A stretch of 64,000 nucleotides of DNA, from NCBI GenBank assembly GCA_973895155.1, contig OZ316895.1:24805538-24869537 (forward strand). The letters are read 5' to 3'. The notes beneath the pieces were generated by a model. It saw nothing but the letters and a program-made list of their open reading frames with translations, ran no database searches and was not told where the DNA came from. Both the position numbers and the translations under genes were made by a program. Of this stretch, positions 51,101-64,000 are shown piece after piece. This DNA comes from Marsupella aquatica (lineage: Eukaryota > Plantae > Marchantiophyta). The first letter of the stretch is position 1. Every line of letters begins with the position of its first letter.

Positions 51101-54100
51101 TATTTTGGGAATTTTGCAGCTTATGTTCTAGACTTTGTGATTTCTTTTCTCATGCAGAGTAAGAAATCTACTTCTCCCCAGAACGCTTACATCCCTCGAG
51201 AGCCTAAGGTCATACTTGTTTCAACCAGCACATTAGCTGAGAAACAAAGAATATGAAACAATGTCACCTCTCAAACTCTGACCAGCTTCAACCGGTACTT
51301 CAGAGATGTCAAATGGAGGCTTCGACCTTTCTATTCCAGGATGCTGAACTCTGGTGAATTCCTATACCATTATCCCCAAGTATATGCTGTTACTTGTAAT
51401 AACTATGATGTGATTGGGATGTATAGAGAAGCTCTTCGAATAGACATATGTTATCTAAGGAAGAGAATGCCCCTGATGTATCCTGAAAGACAACTGAGAT
51501 GCCTACCCTACTCTCGAGGATCTCCACGCCAGGCTGAGCTGATGGAAGTCACATAGAATCGGATTGTCACAGCAATGGAGCTACTCGAGCCAGAAGACAT
51601 CCGACAACAAGCTTGAAGGAGAGTCCTTTTAGTTAGTCTTTTAAGAATAGTGCATCTTTTCCTATTTTTCTAAATGTTTTATAGAGTTTTAAAAGCTATA
51701 AAACTTATTTAGTGTATAGTCTGTATCTAGGAGAACCCACTGGCAAAATTTCAGAGTTTTCTGAGCCAAGAGTAGAAAGTTAGGAATAGTTGAATTTGTT
51801 AAGTTTCTAAGTGTATCGCAATTACGGTTTACAAGTTACGGATTACGGTTTACGCTTTTACGCTTTTACGAGTTTACGGTTTTACGCGTTAGATATTTTT
51901 ACGAGTTTACGGGTTCATACTTAGCCGTTTTCCGATTTTTCACTTACTGATTTGCCGTTTTGACTTTTTGAGAGGTATGAAGAGGCATGTCTCTTCGACC
52001 TTATGATCTCTCACTATGTAGATTTTTACTATAAGACCCCTCCACCACTAGTGTAGTTTATGGTAAAGTTATGCATTTTTGCCTCTTCCTTGTTTTAAAC
52101 CCATTGATCATGAATCTATGAGTTCAAGATCAGGTTTAACAACAGGAGAGTCTTACCTCCTTCTTGTGTTTTGCACCCCTGTTTATAAACACAGGAAATA
52201 AAATCCATTTGTGCAAAATCTTTGGATGTTGTAATGACAGATTCCTCTTTGGTGACTCATTGCAATTTCCTAAGTTCTTGAAGTTAACTCATTGAGTTTA
52301 AGTCTTATTGAAATTGATGGATTTTCTTTCATGTTGCTAAGTACCATCTAAATATTGAAGTAGTCACTCTTTTAGATCTTGTCTGAGTACCACTTAGAAA
52401 GAAAAGACAAGACATGTTGATGGCATTTTAAAAGAGTACTTTAGTAAGCATTTTAGACCTGAAAAGCAATATGGATTTGAATCCTTAAATCATTTCATTT
52501 TGACTTATGTTAAGGAGCAACCTTGGTCAATTCCAGACCCCCTTAGCATACTTTAAGATATTTTCCCTTGTGTTTTGTTAATCATTTTCTTTTCATTAAT
52601 TTATGGTTATACAATGCTGAGTTACCATTAAAAACTACTCACCGCTGTGGAAAGATCTTCAAAATACCTTAGTAAAGTAATCAAACTTGATTACTATGTG
52701 TGGAAAACATTTTAAGTCTATTATTTTTGTTTAAATCTATCAAACCAACCCCATCTTGTTCTTTACGGGAACGAATACCGAGTCGGAAGACTGTAAAGTG
52801 TGCTTTTTGGTTTTCCTTGACAAACTACACCATATCATTTTGGCAATGAGCGTTCCTCTGAAAATGCAATGTCCTCTCACAACAATGCCGACAACACCTA
52901 CTGCCGAATGGAACCCAACTTTCTTCACACGATTTCAACACTCATCCCTCTCAGATTTTCCATGCAAAGTCCCATTACACTGAGGCCCTACCCCATATTT
53001 GGCCGTCCGCCGCAAATGCCAGCTCCCTCTAGGAACGTCCATTTCCAAAGGAGTTGACTCTATCGGCAAATGTTGAAGAACAGCCGGAGCACTGAGTGGG
53101 GGTTGCGATGATGTTGTTGTCCTTGTGGCTTGAGGGGTGTTTGCAAGGGAATCTCTTTCATTCGTTGAAGTGTCGCTCCCGCAGAGGTCGACTATGGGAT
53201 CTATTACATTTGCGGGAAAGGAAGTGAAGGCAGTGTTGTTGAGATTCTTCCGTTTGAACCCTTGAGTATTTGGCGTAGTGATGAGAATGGTGTCATGCCA
53301 ATGGGAGTCTTGTGGCGAGACAATCCCAGTTGTGAGTCCCTTCCTCTTGACCAACTTTGTGACAATATCTCCATTCAGAGGAGAACTCCTATCCAAATCA
53401 AAATCAGCAACGTTGGAAAGAATCATGTTGGTTGCTTCTTCAAATAACTTGGGCAAACCAGATTGGTCTGCGGATCGGAATGCTAATTCCCAGATAGTTG
53501 GCCCCTTCCCTCTATTGAGTTCTTTTCGATATGCGCTGTAACCCGCAACTTGTGACAGAGCTCAATTTTGATCAACTTTGCATGCTTCAAAGAGACCCAC
53601 CATTTTTTTGGTAGCCCATGCTTTCATGGAGGCGTGCCTCGACTCAGACCCGATACAATTTGGAATGAGCACACCTTCTTCTGCCCTTTTGCTCTGCAAT
53701 GAAGCCCGTGCAGAAAAAATTTAGTCCTGTTGTATAAGCAGCGCCAAGCGCTAGCAATGAGTAGGAGATAATAAACAATGTTTTATTGGTACAAGTTTTG
53801 ATTCCTAAAATGTTTGAAGGTTTTCCGAGTGCAAATTAAAGCAGCGCTTGGGGCTAGTATAAACACACTGAGTTTTGACTAATAAACACATAGGTAAAAA
53901 TTACCACATGAATGAAATTCCCCCGTTGATGCCATCAAACAACCCACCAAGATATCCAACTCTGCAACATCATCAGCTTGCCTGGGACACAGTTTCCTGC
54001 TTGCCACCACAACACAATCTCCCTAGAAACTCGATACGCCGCAACAAACGTTGGAGCATTTCGCAATTTCTCCCTTAGTCGTCGATGTTCTGGTTGCTTA

Positions 54101-55330
54101 CCCTCCAATACTCCTTCTGTGGAATGTCGATGGAAAGACTGGTAAAAGTGAAATGCATCGAAGTGTTCACGTTCAGGGTCTAGGTGCCCTCCAAAAAAGA
54201 CATTGCAAACGGCGATCCATCCAGCCTGAGCATTGTCAGCGATAAAACCTTGAATGACAACCTCCCGTAACCCATTTTCCTTACAAACCTCAATCATAAT
54301 TCTCCATGCCTTCTCAAAGGACTTCGTGTCTTCAACTTTTAGTTCACATGTGAAGATTGTACAAAGAGCTCGGAAGTTGTGATCATAAATGTGTGCATTG
54401 AAAGTAAACCAGTCGGTTGTCACTTGCTTCATAACATCAAAACTCACCCAAGCTCCTTCCCCGGCTCCTTCTAGTCTTCCGTTGGGTTGCATCTGCCGTA
54501 GAAGATCTACACCAGATCCATGACCCTTGACTGTCATTTTGAATATGTGAGGCCTATCTGCTAGACAACCCTGACCCGATAGAAGATACCTTTGGAGGAA
54601 AGAAATGTTATTTGACCTTTGCATTTGATCTAAACCCTTCCACCTCACCAGTTGTAGGCCACAGTCATGTTTAGAAAAGTTTGCGTTGGTGAAACTTGGC
54701 CGGAACCTGAGTCAAAAACAGCTTCACAGCACAAAGAAGTCAACCAAACTTGCAATCGCGAGGTCACATAGCAAAGATAGGGGATTGCAGCCTTACCTGG
54801 GCCGATGCAGCACCAAGCCGCTCAAACTGAAGCTGCGTAGTAATCCGTAGCAGTATGTGACTAAAGTTGAGCAACAATCCCCCGCTATTGCATTAATGTG
54901 ACGGCAACTCAATCTTCAACTCACTTCCAACTCAGCTCCACTTGAAGGCCTCCTAGTCGGACTGCAATGTACATTGAAAGGCAATCGATGCAATGTCTCC
55001 AGGCCTGGAGTCCCACTTTGCAAGAACAGTCCAAATGCACACCAAACCGCAATGAGAAGCTCCTGGTTCTTGATCCCAGGTTGTAGTTGAACGTCAAATT
55101 GACTCTCCCAGCTCGAAGGAACAAGTGCCTCTTACAGTGCCTCGCGCAGTGGCAAACGCCCCCTGCAGTGCCTCCCACAATGCCTATCGTCAATGCTAAA
55201 CACATACAATGGCTGAATGTTGCCTACGACTCACATTCTGTTTTGTTGATGCAACACCCTAAACTCGCTCTTCTTGCCTCCAACATTCGGGTAGCCCAGC
55301 AGCACCAGAAGAATTCATGGTGACCAACAT
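48120..55330 (-). mobile_element. Degenerate MULE-type transposase with SWIM finger, split by a ~4-kb insertion
   Basis: MULE-like core FIADNAQAGWIAV...DAFHFYQS in ORF 53935-54648; SWIM CSCEDF...PCKHLYWVF in ORF 48167-48418; coding continuity is broken between ~48780 and ~52740. Confidence 0.7.
49583..51256 (+). CDS. TE-associated hypothetical protein (5' part decayed) inside the ~48780-52740 insertion
   Basis: 557-aa ORF with a globular N-terminal block (LMEFLVPILHPEKPT...KVNWAVLL...YLSQLYY) and a long acidic S/T/P linker; flanked by TTACG-rich repeats. Confidence 0.5.
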   Translation: MSQCTYPKLRVLMEFLVPILHPEKPTLCPVALANTIVAAHSGAIKVNWAVLLFNVMKDQVRSLEVGRTTCLQNYLSQLYYAHDCLHLEEGTERGLLLIDLGIEEEIPMEDTVHVTPLDSNDQNVEENADVPMEDTSLEVPTHSPMHSTEVVCHPISNENSPSRTMDADPLEVEGVRSIHQQDDVTTPTDATPHVTTRSTPSKAESNQRLIDKLTSLLSCSDDGLYDAVNDLRMEAVNLRSPFHDQLSPIRMTSPPGESTPMEFVICTPTTVHPPPLETSEPVPVTESISCVAIVDDLLELLQCEPRQIVSMVSNLIQQCPTASMSYSPDSSYEPMEGPTYTRPQYEHPFVREDLPKDSDPPSDGETYRSYDNSLESSPRQGFEDVDTALRSNPNLVAVVTSSTQTPRNATIESRYPRHPESQVHRYVETCKIMQANRPPVREFWRYYYLKKTEASYIFDLRYFATSRVEMTQFDEFWTNSIYFQPILAVMLLQGDVEVEDPDLVLAYFGNFAAYVLDFVISFLMQSKKSTSPQNAYIPREPKVILVSTSTLAEKQRI

Positions 55331-58300
55331 AACCTAATCTATGTGCTAACCCTAAGGGCAATCTGTACCTGCCAGCACCACAAGCACTCACCATGGTGTG
55401 TTGGGCATCACTCCAACATCACCATGAGAGAAATACATAGCATAGCTAGAGTGTCCGGTTGCAAACCTGGATCACTCCTATGGAATCAAACACCCACCCC
55501 AAACTAACATGGTGCATAAACAGGAAGCATGTGTGGAGAGGATCCAACAACAAGAATGAATACAATTCAACTCTCCACACAAAAGTGATCACAAATCAAT
55601 CAAGCAATGTTCATAATGTTCAATGTAGGGCCTTCATAATAGGCCTCAAGAATCCCGCGTCAATTATTCAAGAATCCATTGCAAACTAGTTGAAACAGAG
55701 TAGCTAGATGAATTCAAAAGTGCATAAAACCCCTAAGACCTCATTCCTTGGACATCAAATGTGGAAAGAAGCATGTACAATGCACCACATAAGAACTAGC
55801 TAGCGCATGAGGGGAGGAATAGCTTTGGGATGGGTGACCTCTCACTTGTCATTATGCACCAAATCTGGCACTCAAAATTGCAACACTTGCAATTTCTTCT
55901 CACGCACCCTAAGGCTTGCTGACCTCGCCCGCTCCGCCCTCACGCCCCTCGTCCCGAGTAACCACGAGTCGCCTCGAAGCCTTGATTGACTCACGGCCGC
56001 ACCTCGATCGACTCAACTTCGCAACATCGAGATTTAGTCTCTTTGCAAAACAGCAGATTGAGTGCACAATGTTGATCAGTAGCCCGAGCACCTCTCGCCA
56101 ACTTCAATTGGCACCATCGATGCCTCCTTCAAATCGCCAACATGCTATGTCCAAAAATTGGTCACAAACATGGCAGCAGGATATCTGAACGAAACTGAAG
56201 ATCAGACCTCGGATCCCCACTTCAGATCCGCCCCAACGATCGAGCTACCAACGATCCAATCAAGCAACACAACACGATTTGAGATACCACGAATCGTCAA
56301 TCAAATCTTGAACGAACTTCTGTTTGCATAGTCCGCACAACAGAGTTCGAAGCTCAGATCTTTCAATGTAATCTTCACAAGAACTGGAACAACGATCGAC
56401 GCCAACAATACGCACTCAATCCCGTCCGATCCGATCACACACATATGTCGAGCCAATGCACCTTGCACTCAAGGAATCCACGCTACATAGAGAGAGCTTT
56501 CATCCACCATAACCATCACACAAGCTCTCATCTCCAAGGCTCAACATTGAAAGATAACTTTTCAATGCCTCACAAGAGAGAACTACCCTCTCACACAAAC
56601 CTAACGGAACCTTATCGGCTCATATAGCACACATACCAAACATACGGATCTAGATAGTACGATACACTCTAACACTACCTAGAATGGTGTGACAACATGA
56701 ATGCCTGAGCCTCTGAAATGCAAGACACGTCTCGTAGTGCTCCGAGGTGAACTGCATAGGGAGGTGTAGCAAGGAATTTGTCTACACACCCTCAAATCAA
56801 TTGCATCACCCCTATGCAGGATAGTGAATGCCCGAGCAGTCTGAATTGCAAGACACACGCCGACAAAACTACACCCTATGCATGATAAGTAGTCCTTAGT
56901 ACATTTGGGTTACATTGAAGGGAGCATAAGTGGGTTCAGGGGTCCAACAGATTTGGCAAAACAGGTGGCCCTACGACCGAGGGCCAAGCCAGATGCGTGA
57001 ATAGGACAATTCCTTTAGAGCATTTTACAAGTCTTTTGTTCATTTTTGTTTACTCAAGGGTATAGTTCAGGTGTGTAGTTGTCAATATAGATCAAGTGAA
57101 GTAAAGGAGGTTTACACTTTCTTCAGGCTGAGCTGAAGCTGGGATGAGCAACTTGAACCACACAGAATTTTTTGGGATGCCTTTTCAAGGAGGCTCATAA
57201 GTTCGTGGCAACTTATGTGTAGGTGGAGCCGGGGGCAGAACTAGGACGAGCTGCAAGAGAGAGGCAAGAGTATATCAACTGTGGCAGTTGTGGAAGACAG
57301 TTTTTTGGGAGGCGAGCTGATCAAGATTTCATTCCTCTGCGCTCCCACAAGGAACGAGCTTGGCCAGCTATTATTGTGCAAGGGCAGTGTAGTAAAGGGC
57401 CGCCATCTACAGGTTTACCGTTCAAGCATTGGAAGCCATCACGGACTACTGTAGCTTGGACAAACGAGATCGTTCTTGGAGATGAACTACCTTAGGACAC
57501 AAGGAATGGAAAGGTAGGAGGTAATGCTGAGGCGTCTGGGGCACCAAAGAAGGCTAGGTCCGCTTAATCAGTCAAATAGCCAGGCAACAGCAACACCAAG
57601 CCAAAAGGAGCCAAAACCAGATACTGAGTTTGAAGCAACAGTGGAGACTTCACCACAAGACGATGATAAGTGGTTGGGCTCAAAGCATTCCAGTGGATTT
57701 GCAGATGCAGTAGGGTTTTGCCTCATCGGCCATTTCCACACTTGCTAGCAAAAATTCCTGTTTGCTCGCATCTTACAATACCTCATTGGTTGAGTTTTGA
57801 CTGCCAACAATTGAGGAAAACAACTCACACTGGCATTCCATTGTCAAGAGATGCACAAATTAAAGTTCAAGATTGATTGCTGCCTGGACTGGTTACGTTA
57901 GTTCAAAGGAAGAATGGTGTCCTTCCACCACACATCTTCAACATCATTCTCACCCAAGCAAATTCAAACCAAAAAGAAGAGATAACAGATTAATCTCTCT
58001 TAAGACCTCCTTCTCCAAGATGAATCGATTTTCTTGAGGTAGGCATGGGCCCAGCAGAAGCAACAGACACATGCTAATCCACTATTCCTTGCAGAACTGT
58101 GCTCCTTCTCCGTTCACGTGCACTGTCTATGAGCTTGCAGATTTCTATCATGCCTCAACGTAGCAAAATTTCTACTGCGAATACAGCCCACTTTCCTGCC
58201 TTGTCCGTTGACCCTTGACGATAGCATACAGTGCATCATTCTCATTCTCACATAATTTGAGGACTTACTCCTTCTCTAAAGCCGGAGTAGTTAACATGCT

Positions 58301-58980
58301 TTAAAGCATCTTTCACGACCTTATCTTGTGAATCTGCGAAGCTCAGAACAGTTGAGTTGCGGATGGAACTTCATATTGGTTGAATTCAACTGTCGACGAC
58401 TAAGTTCGAAGCAGAAGAACACGGCTACCTTCCTAGAATTGAATTGTCTAGTCTCCAACCTACATCATCAAGCTGTATCAGATCTGGACACATCCATACT
58501 CTGGGAGCCAAGGCTTTCTCTCCAAGTCAATTAACTCTAAAACTGACTGCTTAAAGTTTTATGATAGTGGAGGTTGCCATCAGCGAATTTTATCTTCATG
58601 CCCTTATTTTACCGTCTCATGTCAGCAAAGTGAGTTCCCTTCCAGTACTATGTTCATGGCAAGGCAGCTACTGTATGCAAACCCTTCTTCTAATCTAACA
58701 ACAAAATGTAACGAAGAAATCAAACAAACTTTCTACATAGCAGGCTAAGAGCTTGATTTCACGGATCTACGATTTCGACTCTCCACTAAACTCGCGTAAC
58801 ATTTCTCTTACATGAACAGGTCTTTCAGCCAGAAGAGTGCTACTTACAACTCCTAATTGCAGAATCTCAAATTAATGTTACAGAATTGCAGCAACGAAAA
58901 TCTGACCTGTATCTGCACAGCCAGCGAGTTCTGCTGTAGAGTCACTTTCCAGCCAGCCCAACACAGCTTTCAGTCTGGAT

Positions 58981-61900
58981 TCACCGGTAATCACCACAAG
59001 AACACATTCCATCTTTGAAATGGTGGAACCGATTTGCATCCCTCGCAATAATCTCGCGTCCGGTCACCTTAGAGATATACTTGGTTGCTGAGTGGCAATC
59101 CGAACACACCCGAAGGTTCTTACTTACACGAATTGGTTCTCCCCAAGGTAGGTGCATGAGTCCGTAAACAATAGCCAACTTCTCACTATGAGAGCAAAGA
59201 GCTAGCTCTTTATCCTCCTCATTCATATCATGCAACACAAGCTGGGTATCCGGAATGTAGCCTTCACCCTTCAGTTTTTCACTCAATTTTTTCAGCTCAG
59301 TATAGATCGCCTCCGCTTCTGGGTGAGATGTATCCCCCACAACAAATTCATGGATCTTGTTATCAACTTCAATCCAGCTACGCCCTGGCTCCTTCCAAAC
59401 ACCTCTCTCTTGCATCATAGTCCGCACAGATGACACCTTCTTCCACTTCCCAGCTGCGGCGTAGATATTGGACAGAAGCACATAAGTAGAGGCCTTACCG
59501 GGATCCAACTTGAAAAGCTCGTTAGCGGCCAGTTCGCCCAGCTCCACGTTACCGTAAGTTCGACAAGCCCCAAGCAAAGCTGTCCAAGTTACATCATTTG
59601 GTTCGATCGGCATCTTACTGATGAACTGCTTTGCTTCCTCCAAGTGTCCCGCCCGCCCAAGAATATCCACCATGAGGTTATAGTGAACAACAGTACGTTC
59701 GATACCATAATCTTGCGTCATAGCAGAAAAGATTCTACGGCCATCATCAACAAGGCCTCCATGAGAACACGCTGACAACACAGCTATAAATGACGTCTCG
59801 ATGGGCTGCACATGGTCTGCATTCATTTTTCTGAAAAGTTCCAGGGCTTCATGCCCATGTCCGTGTTGTGCAAGTCCACCGATCATTATGTTCCATGTGA
59901 TTACATCGCGTTTCCCGAGTCTGTAAAAAACTTGTTGGGCGTCATCTATACTGCCACTCTTTGCATACATGTGAACGAGTGCGTTGCCCACACGCACATC
60001 CGACTCCAGTCCGGCTTTGCTAGCGTGGCCATGAACCTCCTTCACCCACTCCAAAGCCCCCGCACTTGCAGATGCATTCAGGATGCTCAGATAAGTGATT
60101 GCATCTGGTTCAAAGCCTTCCCGTCTCATTTGGAGAAACAACCGATATGCTTCATGCCCACATCCATGTTGTGCAAGTGCTCCTATCATTACATTCCATG
60201 TGACTGCATTGCGTTTCTCCATTCTGTCAAAAACCAGTCGGGCATCATCTATACTGCCACTCTTTGCATACATGTGAATGAGTGCACTGCCCACACGCAA
60301 CTCCGACTCCAGTCCGGCTTTGCTAGCGTGGCCATGAACCTCCTTCATCCACTCCAAAGCCCCAGCACTTGTAGATGCATTCAGGATGCTCAGATAAGTG
60401 ATTGCATCTGGTTCGAAGCCTTGCAGTCTCATTTGGAGAAACAATCGATATGCTTCATACCCAGATCCATGTTGTGCAAGTCCCCCAATCATGGTATTCC
60501 ATGTGACAACATCACGTTTCTTCATTCTGTCGAAAACCAGTCGGGCATCATCTATACTCCCACTCTTTGCATACATGTGAATGAGTGCACTGCCCACACG
60601 CAAATTGGACTCCAGTCCGGCTTTGCTAGCGTGGCCATGAACGTCCTTCACCCACTCCAAAGGCCCCGCACTTGTAGATGCCTTCAGGATGCTCAGATAA
60701 GTGATTGCATCTGGTTCGAAGCCTTCCAGTCTCATTTGGAGAAACAATAGGTATGCTTCATGCCCATATCCATGTTGTGCAAGTGCTCCTATCATTACAT
60801 TCCATGTGATTACATCTCGTTTCTCCATTCTGTCGAAAACCAGTCGAGCATCATCTATACTGCCACTCTGTGCATACATGTGAACGAGTGCATTGCCCAC
60901 ACGCACATCCGACTCCAGTCCGGCTTTGCTAGCGTGGCCATGAACCTCCTTCACCCACTCCAAAGCCCCCGCACTTGCAGATGCATTCAGGATGCTCAGA
61001 TAAGTGAATGCATCTAGTTCAAAGCCTGCCCGTCTCATTTGGAGAAACAATCGGTATGCTTCATGCCCACATCCATGTTGTGCAAGTGCTCCTATCATTA
61101 CATTCCATGTGATTACATCTCGTTTCTCCATTCTGTCAAAAACCTGTCGAGCATCACCTATACTGCCACTCTGTGCATACATGTGAACCAGCGCAGAGCC
61201 CACACGCAAATTGGACTCCAGTCCAGCTTTGCTAGCGTGGCCATGAACCTCCTTCACCCACTCCAAAGCCCCGGCACTTGCAGATGCATTCAGAATACTC
61301 GCATAAGTGAATGCATCTGGTTCAAAGCCTTCCCGTCTCATTTGGAGAAACAATCGGTATGCTTCGTGCCCACATCCATGTTGTGCAAGTGCTCCTATCA
61401 TTAGATTCCATGTGATTACATCTCGTTTCTCCATGCTGTCAAAAACCTGTCGAGCATCACCTATACTGCCACTCTGTGCATACATGTGAACCAGCGCAGA
61501 GCCCACACGCAAATTGGACTCCAGTCCGGCTTTGCTAGCGTGGCCATGAACCTCCTTCACCCACTCCAAAGCCCCCGCACTTGCAGATGCATTCAGAATA
61601 CTCGCATAAGTGAATGCATCTGGTTCAAAGCCTTCCCGTCTCATTTGGAGAAACAATCGATATGCTTCGTGCCCACATCCATGTTGTGCAAGTCCTCCTA
61701 TCATTACATTCCATGTGATTACGTCGCGTTTCTCCATTCTATCAAAAACCAGTCGGGCGTCACCCATCCTGCCACTCTCTGCATAAATGTGAACCAGCGC
61801 AGAGCCCACACGCAAATCTGACTCCAGTCCCGCTTTCCTAGCGTGGCCATGAACGTCCTTCACCCATGCCAAACCCCCATCACATGCGGATGCATTCGGG

Positions 61901-63945
61901 ATGCTCGTATAGGTGATTGCATTTGGTTCGAAGCCATCCCGTCTCATTTGGAGGAATAGTCGATATGCTTCCACACCATCACCACGTTCTGCACATGCTC
62001 CAATCATAACATTCCATGTAATGACATTTCGATTAGTCAACTTTTCAAAAACTTTCCTTGCCTCGGTGATGCACCCACATTTAGCGTACATCAGTACGAG
62101 AGCAGACCCTACACGCACGTCCGATTCAAAGCCGGCATGTCGAATACACTGATGAATTTCTTTTCCCCAATTGAGAGCTAATGGGCTTAAACATGCATTC
62201 AGGATGCTCAGATACGTGATCTCATTCGGCTTCACGCCTTCTTGGCGCATTAGATTGAAAATTTCGAGTGCAGATTCAGCATGATCACTCCTAGCGTATC
62301 CCGCAATCATGCTGGTCCAAGTAATAACACTCTTCTTCTGAATTTGATCAAAAAATCTACGTGCATCCGATAAACCTCCGCATTTGATATACACATTCAA
62401 AAGCGTGACTGCCACATATGGATTTTCGTGAATTCCACTCTCGATGATGCAATCATGAATTTGCTTGGCTCCTGAAAGGTCTTTCTGTTGCAAGCACATT
62501 TGCAGAACTTTAACATATGTGTACGAGTCTATAGCAATGCCTCGCTGTAGACGGTCTTTCAACATAGCAATTGTTTGACCCGTGGTACCAGGATGCATAT
62601 GCCTACTGCCAATCCCTTTTGCAGTGACTTGAGACCGATCTCTCGTGCAATAACTAACATTAGATGGAAATCTGCAGTGAGTAACCAAATTCGCCCTTGC
62701 CTTAACCCACGCTGGGGTTGACCATCCATCCACCCAAAATGCTAGTCTTGTCAACTTCTGATTGAACTCAGGTGCTCTGGGCTTCCTCTGTCAGCACCAC
62801 AACCCACGATCAGATCTGCTACCAGGATAAACTCCAGGAGATTCCACGAGGTGCAATGAATTTGTAGTTATTTCTTGACGACTATGTTTCCAGTGATCTT
62901 TCTACATGAGTGTTCAGAAATGGATAGCAGACCGGTAAGCCTCTCGAGTTCTAGGGTGCATTCCTACCTCCGTCCAAAGATGTATTTTCTTGTCTCCCTT
63001 GCTCTGCTGTGATCTTTGGTACAGATAACTTGCAAAAGTTAAATGACTCCTTTCCAACTGAGAGTAACGGCTATCTGTCAAGAATGCAATGATCTTAGAA
63101 TAGAATATCCAAATAATTATGAAAGGCATATCCAGGTATCAACAAGCTCGTTCCTTCTCCAGTATGTCACTGTACCCACAGAAAGGTCAGAGTCAAGAGC
63201 CTATCGAATTGGTACTAAAATACTTCAGCCAGAAGTCACATGTTATCCTTGGATTGTGTACAGGACAGACTCTTAGGGCATCTTGACAGGCATTCATTTG
63301 TAAGTTGCCTACACTGTCCTTTCTGCGCTATACACAAACCAGAATCTCAGGTTTCTGAAAAGAGACTACTTAGAAATAAAGCCTAGCCATCATCTGTAGA
63401 ATCCATCGTGATTAGACACAGATGACATGAACGTGAAAGCGCTTCCCTCCCTCTCCTACAATTCAGAAATAAAGGCTATCCATCATTCTTGAACTTGGCT
63501 CTTATACAATCCGTGAAGAGACACATACGACATGAATGTAACAGCCTCCCCTCCCCTCCCCTCCCCCCAACCCACCCTGTGCTTCTTAACACGAAAAAGG
63601 AATCAAACTTAAAGTTCAACTCAAGTCTTGATCACATAAGCCTCATAGCAGGAAATTCCCGCAACTATAAATGTCACACCGTGGTGCTGGAACAAGAGTT
63701 TCTGTTTAAAAGTAAGTACGCATAACGTTGAAATCGCTCTTCAGTCTCATTACCTGAAGGTCGTGTACAAGAACAATGGCGGATGCCAATACCAATCAAA
63801 CCGGAAGACGAACGATAAACTCTGCAAATCAAACGTCTTTGTTGAGAATGTATTCAAGGTCGTTTGGTCGCATCAAATCCAACAAAATGACATGCATACA
63901 AAATTAATCATACCTGGCTGAGGACTGTTGCCTAAAGCGGTCCAT
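58981..63945 (-). CDS. PLS-class PPR-E1-E2-DYW factor, copy D (29 PLS motifs, ends DYR); predicted exons 63914-63945, 63754-63821, 62968-63074, 58981-62787 (~1337 aa)
   Basis: ORF 58981-62754 with HSEKLA and CSDCH intact and last codon CGG; upstream exons are open and nearly identical to those of copy C. Confidence 0.92.
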
Positions 63946-64000
63946 ATCCAAAAGTTCCATCGAGTCAGCTCCGTTCCCGTGCCGGGAATACGGAGCTCAA

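Noticed and set aside
59812-62152. Recurrent antisense ORFs (MAMNLLHPLQSPRTC..., MIASGSKPS...) at 303-bp spacing, also within A, B and C
   Set aside because: Shadow frames of the repeated PPR coding strand; no independent coding evidence.

Overview
Eukaryotic, plant nuclear DNA, most likely a moss or other early land plant (inferred from moss-type PLS repeats, interstitial TTTAGGG and Bianca/Gypsy/Harbinger/MULE debris). The window holds a cluster of organellar C-to-U RNA-editing factor genes (PLS-class PPR + E1/E2 + DYW deaminase). There are four full-length paralogues: A at 0.4-4.1 kb (+), B at 14.8-18.1 kb (-), C at 33.6-37.7 kb (+) and D at 59.0-63.9 kb (-). A fifth copy, E at 19.8-21.5 kb (+), is frameshifted and truncated. 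The copies arose by segmental duplication including flanks and are separated by nested TE fragments. They differ by whole 303-bp P-L-S triplets (17, 14, 20 and 29 motifs) and by single-base switches at the RNA-specificity codons. Comparing paralogues reveals three small upstream coding exons missed by the ORF track. The PPR code of copy A fits a plastid atpH Leu72 site (hypothesis). The spacers also contain a decayed intron-bearing ParB/Srx-like (DGNHR) gene and telomere-repeat scars. All calls were made by eye, without database searches.
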